Shown: positions 37,099-48,727 of the stretch, one piece after another
How positions within the stretch are numbered: the stretch's first letter is position 1
Layout: every line of letters begins with the position of its first letter
NCBI GenBank assembly: GCA_949358305.1
Contig: OX442314.1
Location: 28,024,001 to 28,088,000 of the forward strand
DNA: 64,000 nt
From: Strigamia acuminata
Lineage: Eukaryota
Direction: 5' to 3'
Notes under the pieces: model-generated
Seen by the model: the letters and a program-made list of their open reading frames with translations, nothing else
Databases searched by the model: none
Told to the model about the DNA's origin: nothing
Program-made: the position numbers and the translations under genes

Positions 37099-38088
37099 TA
37101 TTGCAAATACCGGTACTGCATTACCTTTCTGCAATTGTTGCACATTTTTCTACTGAGTAGAAAGAAGCCGAAACAAAAGAAAAAATCAGATTACTTTACA
37201 AAGAAGTCCTACAGGATGTTCTGAATAAAATGAGTAACGTTTGGTAAACAAAGTTCATTATAAACCATTTTTCACTAAACTGACCAAACTTTAATATTTT
37301 TGTAGCTCAATAGTCATTTTTACAGACGAGAAAGATGAAAATGTAATAAGAGATCTGAGAAAAAAAGTACATCAAATTTGATTCTAAATCAAAAAGTTAT
37401 GATATAGACTACAACGGTGCATTATTTCTATTATTTATTAGACATACGATGTCAACACACTCGGGTTTTTAATCACTCCAGAACGTACGCTCATTTTTGA
37501 CTTCGTAGTCGTTCCTGTCGAATCAGTCACACTTGGATTAGTCATGCGACAAGACAGCAACATCAGAGACTATTTGTGGATGACATTTTTCAAACCATTT
37601 CCCCCGACTGTTTGGTTATGTATTTCAGTTACATGCATGTTTATTGAACTCTCTCTGGCTATGATAAGCAAATACTACAAACACCGAGCTTCAACTTCAG
37701 GTAATAACGCTTCAATAGGATTGTTAATCAATTCTCAGCTCATTTTTTATAATTCCTCAAAGTTTGTACAATTACTGGAACAAGAAACTTCTTTCTTTTG
37801 CTAATTCTGGCAAGCTACAGTGTGGTATTGTACGCATCACTCACTGTTACAACATCACGGCCTCGATACAACAACATACAAGACGTATTGGAAGACAAAA
37901 TAAACTTGTATGCGTTTGGAAGTTATGGTGCTTACACGATCATTAAGGTAATGCAGGAACAAAAATGAAATGACAAATTCTTGCTAGTAATTAAGACATG
38001 GCAACATAACATCATGAGAATAGTCAGATTCTGCTCGACATCAACAAGTCCTGCGATTGAAACGTTTTAGTTTTGCTTAAAAATACTA

Positions 38089-38435
38089 CAGTGCGCGCCA
38101 AAAAGATAGGTGCACCCTATTTTTTCTTCATTTTTCAGCAATGCGCACGTGTTGAGTATTGAAATTTTTAACAAAGGTACAAAATCATAACAAAATAACC
38201 TGATAAAACAATTGGAGCGATTGAGAAACAAACAAAAAATTTATTACCAAAAAATAAAAATACTGGTGCGACAACATGATAAGTGCAGTTGGTAACATCA
38301 AGGTTGAATTTCGTTTCATCAGAAAAAATAATATTCCTCCACTGAGTTGTCCAATCCATATGTTTTTTAGCAAACTCGAGACGTGCATCTTTACGGCATT
38401 GTGTTAGTGCTGGTTTACGCTTTATTAAAGGCTTT
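38089..38435 (-). mobile_element. Tc1/Tc3-like transposon remnant
   Basis: ta-CAGTG end. The minus strand reads KRKPALTQCRKDARLEFAKKHMDWTTQWRNIIFSDETKFNLD. Confidence 0.8.
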
Positions 38436-38538
38436 TATTTAACTTGACTTGCATGTTTGTGTGTGGGGTTCGACTTCCGGTACTTCCGGTTTGTGTAATG
38501 TGACCTGTAATAAAATTTTTCAAAGCGCAGCGCCACCT

Positions 38539-39555
38539 TGTTGTGACCCGACTGGACCGGGGTCAACGAAGAGTTTCTCTCGTGACCTCGTTTCGGGTGT
38601 AAGGGGAGCCGCAAGCGCGTCTCCCTTCCCTCAGTGCATTGACATCTAGTCAATGGACAGGCGTCTGCCCTGAGGGAGTGGGGATGGCTCGTCCACCCCA
38701 CCATTGGGTGATTCCGGTCACCTGTCAACCTCGCTTTGTGCAAAGGAATGTGCCTTGCACTGAGCGGGCAGAACCAACACAACCATCAAACGAGAAACAC
38801 ACGTAAACCCGTCGTCCTACAAGATCAGGCCCAAGTAAAATATACTGGGATTGACCAAGGACAAAGGACAATTTACCGTGAGTACGTTTGGTCAGTGTCA
38901 AACTCCGCAGAGTAACCTGCGAGATAAGATTACCACACTATTTTAGCACACCAGCTAGAAATAGTAAAAACCACTCCAGTTTAGCGAGTTGTGCAGACAA
39001 ACGGTCGCACAAGCCTAAACTGCAGTTAAACCACGACGAGCGTTCCCGCCGCTGTGTGATCGCCGGGAGCCAGAAGAGTCCGCCGCTGTGTGATCGCCGG
39101 ACACCACACAAAAACCTAGACAACAGCCCGAAGTAAGCCTTTTAACTAAGCATTCACTCGCGCCCGACCAGCGTGAGCCCGAAGGACCAGCCAGAGACGA
39201 GCCGAGGACGCCATATTGCCACGCCGGCCCAAGACGACATCGCGTTGCCACAACGACGACGCCATCTTGGACGCGAACGAAACAACAGACGACCTCGCCG
39301 ATTCCAGCCAGCTTTCATCATACCTTTACATTTCCATTTCCCTTCACCCATTCCGATTTACCTTTTACCTACCTTTCATATATATATATAAGATATATCT
39401 GTATATTGTCCCACAGAATAAATCTATATTATATTTTACCTTTTATATCTGTGTAATCATTTCTTTGGGTAAACCGCTTGAGACAAAGCGGTAGTGAGTT
39501 AGTCGAATTAAGTAATCAACCCACGAGTTAGCGACGGTTAGAGTTGAGCGCGACA
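38539..39555 (+). repeat. 5' LTR of Gypsy B
   Basis: Direct repeat of 51010-52026 (offset 12471). Confidence 0.95.
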
Positions 39556-39627
39556 CGTGGGGGCCTGTCCGGGATCAAGTTGAATAACTGATTCTAACCT
39601 GTGATTACATCATACCCAAAGCAAGAA

Positions 39628-42600
39628 ATGGCAGATAATACCCGAGTAACAGATTCCGACTCCGACGCAAACAAGAGAGCCGGCAGTCGTAAAGGCGCCG
39701 ACTATCACTTGCGATCTGGAGGTCCCTTACCCAAAGCCTCAGCGCACGAAGCGAGGCAAAAACGGCGTAAGCCTAAACCCGATCGTAGAAGCGCATCAGA
39801 GGCATCGCACCCGTCTCGCGCCGAGACGAGGCAGCGATTGGACGAGACAGAGCGGGGTGAAGAGCAATCTCACTCCAAACTGCCGCGTTCTAACTGTGAC
39901 GACGAGACGAGCGGAAACGAGGTTTTATCCCGTAACCAATCGCCTCGTCTAACGCACGACACCGAGGTGGGCAGTCCGAAAGCAGCGTCTCCGATACAAA
40001 AGACGGCCTCAAATACGACCGCTAATTCGGCACTAGACACGCCAATTACGCACAGTCGACCAGCCTCGGTAGTGTCTGAAGGGCACAAGTCCAACTCGTC
40101 CTCTGTCAAGCGTGTTTCGAGCCAGCCTTACAGCGTCTCGGGCACCTTGATTGATGCGATGCAGTTGGCACAAGCGGAGGGAGTGAGATACACCCTTCCG
40201 ACGGGAAAGATTACAGTGTACGAAACGTTACAAATCGTACGTGCAGCTTTAAAAGCGCACAGTGTATCCCCACAAATCACCATTGTTGAAGGTGCACACG
40301 CTCAACAATTGGTTGATTCCGCTCAATTTGAAGCGGATGCAGAGAATGAGGCTCGACAAGCCATTCGCGAGAGACGGAGGAAGCTGGCGGAAAGAGAAGC
40401 GCAAGCTCTCGAGTACGGCAGAACCCAGCCCAATCCGACTACTCCCGAGGAGGTAGAAATAGTTGACCGAGCCCTGAGAGCACATCGATATGCTTTCCAC
40501 TCGCAACAAGAAGCAGAGCGAGCATTTATGGCCAGATTGCGACGAGATGACCCGAAATCCGTTCGCAAACCAGAGATCAGTTCATCCGAGCTGTCCGACG
40601 AGAGCCTAGAGGGAGACCCAAAGCGCACGCCGAAGGCCAAACCCAAACCCCAGCCGGAGAGGGCAACACCAGCTACTCCGCGCAAGAGAGATGCGTCGGC
40701 CAGAGAACAACAAACTCGGCCCCGCATGCAAGCTCTCGATTCAGCCACAAATAATGCGATAACGCGATTAATCAACGCTAATAATGCTAGGCGAAATGAA
40801 GAGCAAGCTCTCACAAGTCAACAGCATGATAATCCACAAGGGACTGAGTGGCAACAACCAGTGCCCATCCTTAAAGACGACGAGTCGTCAAGGAGACAAT
40901 CGCATGATCGCACCTCTTCGCGAGAAGAAGGCAAACGCGATGAAAGACCGAAATATTTTCACTATGGAAATAGTGATTCGTCGTCAGATGGACTGGAGTC
41001 AAATGCACCCAGTCATCACGATTCGGAGAGAGGTTCCGGAGAAAGACGAAGGGAAAGAGAACGCGATGAACGCAGGGAAAGGGAACGTGACGACCGTCGT
41101 AGGGGCCGGAAAGAGTCAAACTCTTCACGGCGCAACCCGCCACGCCGCTCACCGTCTCCCGACCCCAGCTCCGACCCCTCATCCAACGACGACAGACGAA
41201 AGGATAAATCAAGTAATCGCCGGAAGAGATCCAACTCTCCGCGCGATAGAGAGAAACGACGTCGATCGGAAAATAGCGACCACCGACGGGAGGAGTTTCA
41301 GGACCTTCCCCGACAAAGCGCGTTTACCGATTCGACGGGTCGGCAGTATACGATGGGAGAGCTTGGAAGAGCACTACTTGGCTCGTTAAAAGCCGAGGGA
41401 ATCGATCTGAGCAAACGAAACGATCGTAATCGTAGCACTGGTGACCGCGTAAAGAAAAAATACGCTGTCTCCCGACGTGACACCATGAGTGTTACCGGGA
41501 ATATTAGGTGGCAATTTTATATTCAGAACCGTTTCGACGGGTCATGGAAAGCGGGAGATCGCTTCCTTGACGAAGTAATTCGAATTAAGACTGCCACTAA
41601 AGCCACCGTAGGAGACATGCTCACCCACGGTATTGTCGAGCTAATGACAGGCTCGGCACGTGAGTGGTACCAAGGATTGAAAGGCGTCAATTGGGACGAC
41701 TTTTTAATGAGATTCGACCTGCGCTACGGCGAGACACCCGAAGAGGTGAGCCGAAAGATGCGAGGTCTTCGCCAGATGCCTGGTGAAACCATAATGGATT
41801 ACGACATTCGCGCCAGATTGTTGTTCGAAAAGGCCCCGATGGAATTTCATGCCACGGGATTCAACCTTTTCTTTCTCGGCGGTTTGTCGGAGTACTCGCA
41901 ACGGGTGCTACTTGAAGAAAGGGCACCGACAGGAGGCAGCTACGAGGAGATGAGCGCCTTCCTGTTCGAGAACACGATAGATATCGAGAAGAGATATTAT
42001 TCCGCTTTACCAGAAGCGGAGAAAGCAGCAACCGCTAAACGTCTCAAGTTGAGTGCGGAAAGATATGGGGCGACAGATAAGATTATGCGCCCTACTGAAT
42101 ATCTTAGCGGTATAATGGAGCTGGCAGAAGCTAGCGTTGGTTTACAAATAAAAAATAAACTGACATCCACGCTGCCTTCCAACCCTTTGGCCGCCCCTAA
42201 AAAGGCACCGACAGCGTCAGCCATGCAAGCGACACTGGAGGAGGTCAAGGAGGGGGAGGAAGCCGGACAAAATGCCGGAAAATCAGACGAAAAAGAAGAA
42301 AAAGACGATTATTCGACGGACGAAGAAATACGAAGCTATCGCGATACCTTATCAACGGGTTGCGATGAGGAAGGACCGCTAGTACATCTCATCCATCGAG
42401 ATAGAGCGGTAGAAGAATTTCGCGCCAGGTTAAAACCAAATGCCGGCCGAATTCCGAAGTATTTTCGGAAAAATTACACGCCACCGTCGAAAGCAGACCC
42501 TGAAAAAAAGAAATCGATTGAAGCCCCAAGAGACAAATCAAATATTCGTTGTTTTAAGTGTAACCAACCGGGTCACTATTCCAATGAGTGCCCAAGAACA

Positions 42601-42711
42601 GCGAAAGAAGACGCTAAATTTGACGCAATAATGAAGCAGATGGCAGAGATTAAACTCGCCATGGCAAAAAATGAGTCAAAAAACGAGTCAGCGCAGGCGG
42701 CGAAGAAATAA
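39628..42711 (+). CDS. gag: Gypsy B Gag (~1027 aa) with a very long low-complexity N-terminal extension
   Basis: Capsid-like RFDG..FLDE..LMTGSAREWY and CCHC knuckle CFKCNQPGHYSNEC. First ATG at 39628. Confidence 0.9.
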   Translation: MADNTRVTDSDSDANKRAGSRKGADYHLRSGGPLPKASAHEARQKRRKPKPDRRSASEASHPSRAETRQRLDETERGEEQSHSKLPRSNCDDETSGNEVLSRNQSPRLTHDTEVGSPKAASPIQKTASNTTANSALDTPITHSRPASVVSEGHKSNSSSVKRVSSQPYSVSGTLIDAMQLAQAEGVRYTLPTGKITVYETLQIVRAALKAHSVSPQITIVEGAHAQQLVDSAQFEADAENEARQAIRERRRKLAEREAQALEYGRTQPNPTTPEEVEIVDRALRAHRYAFHSQQEAERAFMARLRRDDPKSVRKPEISSSELSDESLEGDPKRTPKAKPKPQPERATPATPRKRDASAREQQTRPRMQALDSATNNAITRLINANNARRNEEQALTSQQHDNPQGTEWQQPVPILKDDESSRRQSHDRTSSREEGKRDERPKYFHYGNSDSSSDGLESNAPSHHDSERGSGERRRERERDERRERERDDRRRGRKESNSSRRNPPRRSPSPDPSSDPSSNDDRRKDKSSNRRKRSNSPRDREKRRRSENSDHRREEFQDLPRQSAFTDSTGRQYTMGELGRALLGSLKAEGIDLSKRNDRNRSTGDRVKKKYAVSRRDTMSVTGNIRWQFYIQNRFDGSWKAGDRFLDEVIRIKTATKATVGDMLTHGIVELMTGSAREWYQGLKGVNWDDFLMRFDLRYGETPEEVSRKMRGLRQMPGETIMDYDIRARLLFEKAPMEFHATGFNLFFLGGLSEYSQRVLLEERAPTGGSYEEMSAFLFENTIDIEKRYYSALPEAEKAATAKRLKLSAERYGATDKIMRPTEYLSGIMELAEASVGLQIKNKLTSTLPSNPLAAPKKAPTASAMQATLEEVKEGEEAGQNAGKSDEKEEKDDYSTDEEIRSYRDTLSTGCDEEGPLVHLIHRDRAVEEFRARLKPNAGRIPKYFRKNYTPPSKADPEKKKSIEAPRDKSNIRCFKCNQPGHYSNECPRTAKEDAKFDAIMKQMAEIKLAMAKNESKNESAQAAKK

Positions 42712-45700
42712 CTTCTCGACCGTCTGCGCCATTCATGAAGAAGAAGGGGTTTAACAAAGGGTTCGATAAGCCGCCACCAGTCAAAGAAATGGGTAGTGAC
42801 ATAGCTAACGCCCAAATTCAAGACAGGGCCAACAACGCTTTGCAGGTAATTAGCGCAAACGCTGAGGCTGAGGCGGAAGAACCGAACCTACTGCTTGAAG
42901 AATTACCTCAAGTAGTCGAAGACACAGAAGAATTTCGTGTTTTCATGTGCAACGTGGCGGTCGAATACACCAACCGCCTATGCATGTTGCCCATGACAAT
43001 AGAACGTGAAAAAATTATGGGACTGCTAGACTCGGGAGCAGATCGCTCGTTCGTTTCCGAAGACATAGTAGCATCATTGGGTCTCACCGATAAGATAAAA
43101 GGCGTTAATAAAAATATACGTCTAAAAACCGCCAACGGAATGGCGCGTCCAAAAGGAGTTATATTATTGACCATGGAGTGGCTCGGAGGAGTAGAACAGC
43201 ACCCTTTCCTGGTCCTGCCCACATGCGACAGAATTTTTCTGTTGGGCTTAGACCTCATGGCGTCAATGGAAATACAACCAAATCCAATAACGAAATCTTG
43301 GAATTATATCAGAAATGATAAGGAAAGACCCGCAATTGTCGTGCCACCAGCTCTTGTAAAAGAAGCGGCCGACAAGACACAGTGGGAGAAAGGCCTAAAG
43401 AAATTCGTTCAAGACTACGATTTTAAAGCATTCGTAACAGAATTGCAACGGGACAATGTAGTGGAAACGCTTGTCGCCGACGCCGCTTTAGAATTAAACG
43501 AAGCGGCAGCCCTACGAAGGGTCCTACTTAAATATGAGGGGATCCTGTCGAAAAAACCGGGCCGAACGAATAAGGCTATTCACGAAATTAAATTGACGGA
43601 TAATAAACCTATACGAGTTGCGTATAAGGGAATGAACCCGCAAAAACGTGAAATAGTGCAAAAAATGTGCCAAGAAATGCTAGACAGTGGCATTGTCTCC
43701 GAGGCCCAGGGAGAATACGCGACGCGAGTTGTACTCGTGATGCGCCCGGGCTCGGACCCACGCCTATGCATTGATTACCGCCCATTAAACGCGGTGACAG
43801 AAATAGATCCCATACAGATGCCGTCTATCGAATCCATTTTGAGAGAGCTTAGCCCCTTTTCTTGGGTTACGACGATGGATCTGTCGAAGGGATACTGGCA
43901 AGTTGAGATGAGGCCAGAGGATAAGATAAAAACAGCATTTTACTCGCCAATTGGACGGTTGATGTTCAACGTCATGCCATTTGGTTTAGTGAATGCTCCC
44001 AGTACCTTTCAGAGGCTAATCGAAAGCGTATTGGGTGATATCCTGCATCAGTTTGTATGGGCATACCTAGATGACATAGTTATTGCCTCCAAAACATTCG
44101 AAGAGCACATTGAGCACATCGACCAAGTGCTCACCCGGCTGGCAAAAGCTGGGTTACACGTGCATCCGGGCAAGAGCAAGTTCTGTCGAAAGGAGCTTGC
44201 CTTCCTGGGTTATCGCATTGGAGTCAATGGTTTAGCTATTGGCCCCGAAAAAATCGATGCGATTAATCGTTTCCCACCACCCGAGGACGTTAAAGGTGTC
44301 CAACGGTTTATGGGAATGATAAACTTCTTCGGCAGGTTGCTACCGGGTCTAGCTGAAGTGGCAGCCCCAGTTACCGACCTCCTGAAGAATGAAAACGAAT
44401 TTGTATGGTCAAATGAGTGCAGCTTCGCATTTAATGCGATAAAGAGGATGCTGACGGAAGTCGGCGTAATGCCTCTACCCGACCTAAACCGGCCGTTCAT
44501 ATTACATACGGACGCCAGCAGAGTTGGGTTGGGAGCCGCGTTGCTTCAAACACACGTGCGCGACGGAGTCGAACAAGACCTGCCGTGCATGTTTATAAGT
44601 CGCAAACTCCAAGGCGCTGAAAAAAATTACAACGCCACAGAGTTGGAGTGTTTAGCCGTTGTGTGGGCCATAAGGAAATTCAGAGATTATCTCGAATATA
44701 CCAAATTTGTAGTCCACACAGATCATCAAGCGTTACAATGGCTGATGAAATTAAAGGAGCCAGCAGGTCGACTAGCCAGATGGCAGTTAGAACTGATGGC
44801 ATGCGACTTGACCATTCAATACAAGCCCGGCAAATATAACGTCGTGGCTGACGCTCTGTCACGGGCACCAGTGTCAGATCCAATCGACGCTGACGATGAT
44901 GGCGAGGATGACTCCCGCATCATTTATTGCCCTACGAGTTGTCACCGTTGGGATTTAAGGAAGATGAATGAAATTCCTACCGCGTCTCCGGCAGATGTAA
45001 AATTCTGTGGATTCTGGACGCGGTTATACCAACCAGCTGCTGACAATTACCCAAACGCAAAGAAGGAATTTAAGCTAGAGCGGAGAATAAATGACCCGCT
45101 TCTAAGCGCCTTCCACGCTCGTGTCAGCAAGCAAATGAAAAGCAATCCCCCAACAAGGGAGGAAATAATTGTGCAACAAAAATTAGACAAAAAATGTCAG
45201 GACAGAGCTAGATTCGTACTGACAGGAAAATATCCGCCCAACTTAACCAGAAGGCAGAAGCGTCGTTATGCACACGAATCCATAGATTACCTATTGGATG
45301 ACGGCCTTTTAGTGAAACATCACCCAAATCACCAAGATGACTTGAGTGAATCGGACACCGCAGTAAAGGTAGTAATACCTGCTTCCTTAATCGGTCGCGT
45401 GCTGTGGTTGTTACACGGGCACCCGCTTGCGAGCCATGCGGGAGTAAGCAGAACACTCTATCGTGCTACACAGCTTTTTCACTGGACAGGGATGAAAAAA
45501 GATATCGCTCTTTTTGTCCACCAATGTCAGCGATGTCAAGCGTGTAAGCCGAGGAGAAAATCACCATTCGAAACTATCTTCTTAGGGCCTTACGCGCCTT
45601 TTGATTGTTTAAGTGTCGATGTGATGGGCCCAAAACCCGTTACGGGAAATAAAAATGCGTACATTATCGTAATAATGGACGTGGCGACTCGTTGGCCCGA

Positions 45701-46805
45701 GTTGTACGCCGTCGCTAGACCTTCAGCAGAGAAAATCGTTGAATGTATCTACGACGTGGCGTTACGTTACGGATTTCCACGTAAAATAATATCCGATAAC
45801 GGACCCCAATTTATCTCGAAAATTTGGGGTAAGTTTTGTGAGAAATTCGGGATTGTGGCGTCACATACCTCGACCTACAATCCCAGAACAAATCCCGTTG
45901 AGCGACTCAACAGGGACATTAAATATGCACTAAGCATATTCACTGACATCCACAATAGGTGGGATGAATACTTGAGGGAGATCGCGTTCAGCATACGAAC
46001 AACAGTCTCGAGGACGAGAGATTTTTCTCCGGCCTACCTCAACTTCGCCCGAGAGCTACGAGTGCCTTGGGACCCACGAGTGGCAGAGTCGGTAAATGTG
46101 GTGGACCCAGAGAAACCACATGAGTATGTGTATAAATTGGAGCAAACAATTTCGAGCACATACAAACATATGATGGCGCACATTTTTAACATGCGCGACC
46201 GCATTTTACAAGATAAAAGCGGTGGAAAATTTGTGAATTTCGAGAACAATGATTTAGTGTGGAAGGACACACACATCCTCTCAAATGCAGCGAGAGGAAT
46301 CACCGCCAGCTTGGCCGACAAGAGAGATGGTCCGTATGTGATCATCGGCAAGCATGGCGGTAACGCGTATAAATTACGCAAGCTCGAGGACAACACCGAG
46401 CATAAGTCGATACAAGTACGAGAGTTAACTCCGTACATTCCGGAATTCCCGCAAGAAATGTGGGCCAAAGGCCAAGTCAAGTCTAAAACTGACGGCCAAA
46501 TCGTCGATATGTTCGCTGGCGAGTTGGAAAAAGCACCGCCAAGTGACAACGAGGAGTATTTCGACGCCCCTTCACCTCCGGTAAACGAGATAGTTGAATC
46601 CGTTCCGGATCCAATTTTGGTCGGGGGGGAAACAGGAGAAACTCCTGAAACAAACACAAAAAACACGGATAAAAAAGAAAACAATAATGAGGAGGTACAG
46701 ACACAAAAAACAACAAAAAATATCGTACCTGCCTCGATCCGTAACCTGCGACCAAAAAGAGATAATCCGTTTATAAAAGGCGGAAAGGTCGTAGGAAAAA
46801 AGTAA
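42678..46805 (+). CDS. pol: Gypsy B Pol (PR-RT-RNaseH-IN), expressed by -1 frameshift
   Basis: A AAA AAC at 42678-42684 followed by the stem GCGCAGGCGG/CCGTCTGCGC (42691-42729). Motifs LLDSGA, YLDD, HTDAS, HGHPLASHAG..CQRC, VDVMGP, SDNGPQF. Uninterrupted. Confidence 0.95.
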   Translation, partial: KKRVSAGGEEITSRPSAPFMKKKGFNKGFDKPPPVKEMGSDIANAQIQDRANNALQVISANAEAEAEEPNLLLEELPQVVEDTEEFRVFMCNVAVEYTNRLCMLPMTIEREKIMGLLDSGADRSFVSEDIVASLGLTDKIKGVNKNIRLKTANGMARPKGVILLTMEWLGGVEQHPFLVLPTCDRIFLLGLDLMASMEIQPNPITKSWNYIRNDKERPAIVVPPALVKEAADKTQWEKGLKKFVQDYDFKAFVTELQRDNVVETLVADAALELNEAAALRRVLLKYEGILSKKPGRTNKAIHEIKLTDNKPIRVAYKGMNPQKREIVQKMCQEMLDSGIVSEAQGEYATRVVLVMRPGSDPRLCIDYRPLNAVTEIDPIQMPSIESILRELSPFSWVTTMDLSKGYWQVEMRPEDKIKTAFYSPIGRLMFNVMPFGLVNAPSTFQRLIESVLGDILHQFVWAYLDDIVIASKTFEEHIEHIDQVLTRLAKAGLHVHPGKSKFCRKELAFLGYRIGVNGLAIGPEKIDAINRFPPPEDVKGVQRFMGMINFFGRLLPGLAEVAAPVTDLLKNENEFVWSNECSFAFNAIKRMLTEVGVMPLPDLNRPFILHTDASRVGLGAALLQTHVRDGVEQDLPCMFISRKLQGAEKNYNATELECLAVVWAIRKFRDYLEYTKFVVHTDHQALQWLMKLKEPAGRLARWQLELMACDLTIQYKPGKYNVVADALSRAPVSDPIDADDDGEDDSRIIYCPTSCHRWDLRKMNEIPTASPADVKFCGFWTRLYQPAADNYPNAKKEFKLERRINDPLLSAFHARVSKQMKSNPPTREEIIVQQKLDKKCQDRARFVLTGKYPPNLTRRQKRRYAHESIDYLLDDGLLVKHHPNHQDDLSESDTAVKVVIPASLIGRVLWLLHGHPLASHAGVSRTLYRATQLFHWTGMKKDIALFVHQCQRCQACKPRRKSPFETIFLGPYAPFDCLSVDVMGPKPVTGNKNAYIIVIMDVATRWPELYAVARPSAEKIVECIYDVALRYGFPRKIISDNGPQFISKIWGKFCEKFGIVASHTSTYNPRTNPVERLNRDIKYALSIFTDIHNRWDEYLREIAFSIRTTVSRTRDFSPAYLNFARELRVPWDPRVAESVNVVDPEKPHEYVYKLEQTISSTYKHMMAHIFNMRDRILQDKSGGKFVNFENNDLVWKDTHILSNAARGITASLADKRDGPYVIIGKHGGNAYKLRKLEDNTEHKSIQVRELTPYIPEFPQEMWAKGQVKSKTDGQIVDMFAGELEKAPPSDNEEYFDAPSPPVNEIVESVPDPILVGGETGETPETNTKNTDKKENNNEEVQTQKTTKNIVPASIRNLRPKRDNPFIKGGKVVGKK

Positions 46806-47274
46806 AATAAATTACGAGTCGATGGCGGCACTAAAAATAAATGTAATCGACCGATAGTGCAAGCCATCACGTCGCAGAAAATTTCGCTAAGTCCAACAAA
46901 GCGGATATCGGTCGAATTCGCGTCACGAGATGGCGTGGAAACGCGGGACCCGTAGCAAAATTATCGGCACGGGTCGGATACCGCGTGCAAAAGACCCCGT
47001 AGCAGCAATCGCGCACGGGAGTGAGAACAAAGGAGACCCGTAGCGTAACATGCGCACGGGTAGGTGCGCACTAGTCTCAAACACCCGGGTTCTGGAGTAT
47101 ATTACCCAGAATCCATCGCGATTACCTCGTGTTCACACGGACTTCCGCTTTTCACAGCTGATCTCTGCATTCGTGCGTGATCCTCGTTTTTAACATTTTA
47201 CCGAGTTTTTTTTTGAGATAGTTTTATCATCCTTTTTTCAATCGTGATTGAGCTTTTTGTGCGCGCTCCTCGCC

Positions 47275-48727
47275 ATGGACGAGGAAGAGAACGACGTGCT
47301 TGCCATCGAGCACGATGACGAGGAAAACTGGGACCGCGATGTAAACCAAGTCCAACCCGATCAGGTAGAAGTCGGCATCGGCACATGAGAATTATTTCCG
47401 TGCTGCTGAAAGAGAAATTTTGTTGACTAATACCTGACATGAGTGCTTTGCACTCACAATAGCGTATAATTAATTATTAACCGCGATCGCTCACACGATC
47501 GTATTTTTTTCTTGTTAATTTGTTTTCGGGGTGCGAGCGCAGACTTCAAGTCGCCTCGCGTCTCGAAAATTCCTCATGACTTGAGTCACGAGCGAGACAA
47601 TGGGCTCGAGCCATAAATAATTTTATGACAAGGGGAGAATATTCTGTAAAAGAATATTTTTCTCCACAAGTAATTTGACGCATCAAATTGATGCAACTTC
47701 ACATTCGTACGATGAATTTTTCGATGTGTTAGATAAATTTAATTTGACTTTAACTTTTTTTTAAAAATTAGACAAAGTCCGACTTCGGAATAATTCTTTA
47801 TTAGGTTTATTTATTTAATAAAATTTCGACAAGCACATTTATTGTGCAATTTTAGTAATAATTTACACCCGACGAATTCTTTTTACGAATGACTGATAAT
47901 TATTAATTTAATTATTAGTAATGTCCTAATTAATGTTAGAATTAATTTGAAGTAAAATCTGATGAAAAGAATCCAGATTAAAGGCTCGATTCCGTCTCGC
48001 TGTGCGTTTTGGACATGAGACAGATTTTTACGTGATGACTTCTCTTTTTCTATCCGACGAGGGACAATTCGTCCTACGTTTGCACCGATAGACAGGAATC
48101 GGTCTCGACGGACGGCTGCACGTATCGGCAACGTCCCTCGAAACCAACCATTTATCTACGTATTTAATATTAACTTTTTATTAATCGTTTATTTCTCCAC
48201 CCTTCCAGATGGCATTACGTAGAACATGGGGACCATTAGACCCCGCTTGCATCACTCGTGGCGGGATATTTCGAGGCGCGCTGCCCGATTTTTACCGACG
48301 ATGTTTCGGCGAAGACGCCGACCCTTGGCGCCTGCGAATACTACATTCCCGATGCATCGCCCGACGTTGGGTACGAGACTGCACGCTCCTGGATACGTTC
48401 CCGGAGGGAATGCGCGAAGGCATCGCCACAGAGTTAGCTCGTGACGATGACCCGAAATCGCCAATTTTCCACCCCGGATTGTCAAGTCAGTACACTGGCA
48501 ACCCGGCGGAGGAACACGTGCTGCATGCGTGGCGAGCAGCCGAGACAGAAGAGGCCCGTGAGGCCATCTATCAGCATTATAGACAACAGCTGGTGGATAC
48601 CGCTGCGGCAGTGGCCGAGCGCATCCTCCAAAACGAGGGGATGACCGCGGATGATATTCATCTGTGGTTTGAGAGGCTACGATTGGGAGAGAGTAGCCCC
48701 AGTGGAGACCTCGGATGGGAATTTTAA
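47275..48727 (+). CDS. Gypsy B accessory ORF3, probably spliced (exon 47275-47364 + exon 48209-48727, ~202 aa), unknown function
   Basis: GCCATGG start, 30 acidic codons, CAG|GTAGA donor, AT-rich intron, TTTCTCCACCCTTCCAG| acceptor. The join is in frame with the 172-aa ORF. Confidence 0.6.

Larger units (their letters stand above)
14910..37947 (+). pseudogene. Divergent IR copy 3: exons 2-9 only, exon 5 split by an LTR retrotransposon
   Basis: Exons at 14910, ~15104, ~31119, ~31591 (interrupted at 31661, resumes 36553), 37161, ~37307, 37442 and ~37763-37947, all paralogous to copy 1. There is no exon 1, and the last two exons are not seen in the window. Confidence 0.8.

Noticed and set aside
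46034..46870. 278-aa antisense ORF and other antisense ORFs over gag/pol regions
   Set aside because: These are shadows of the sense coding frame, with no independent evidence.
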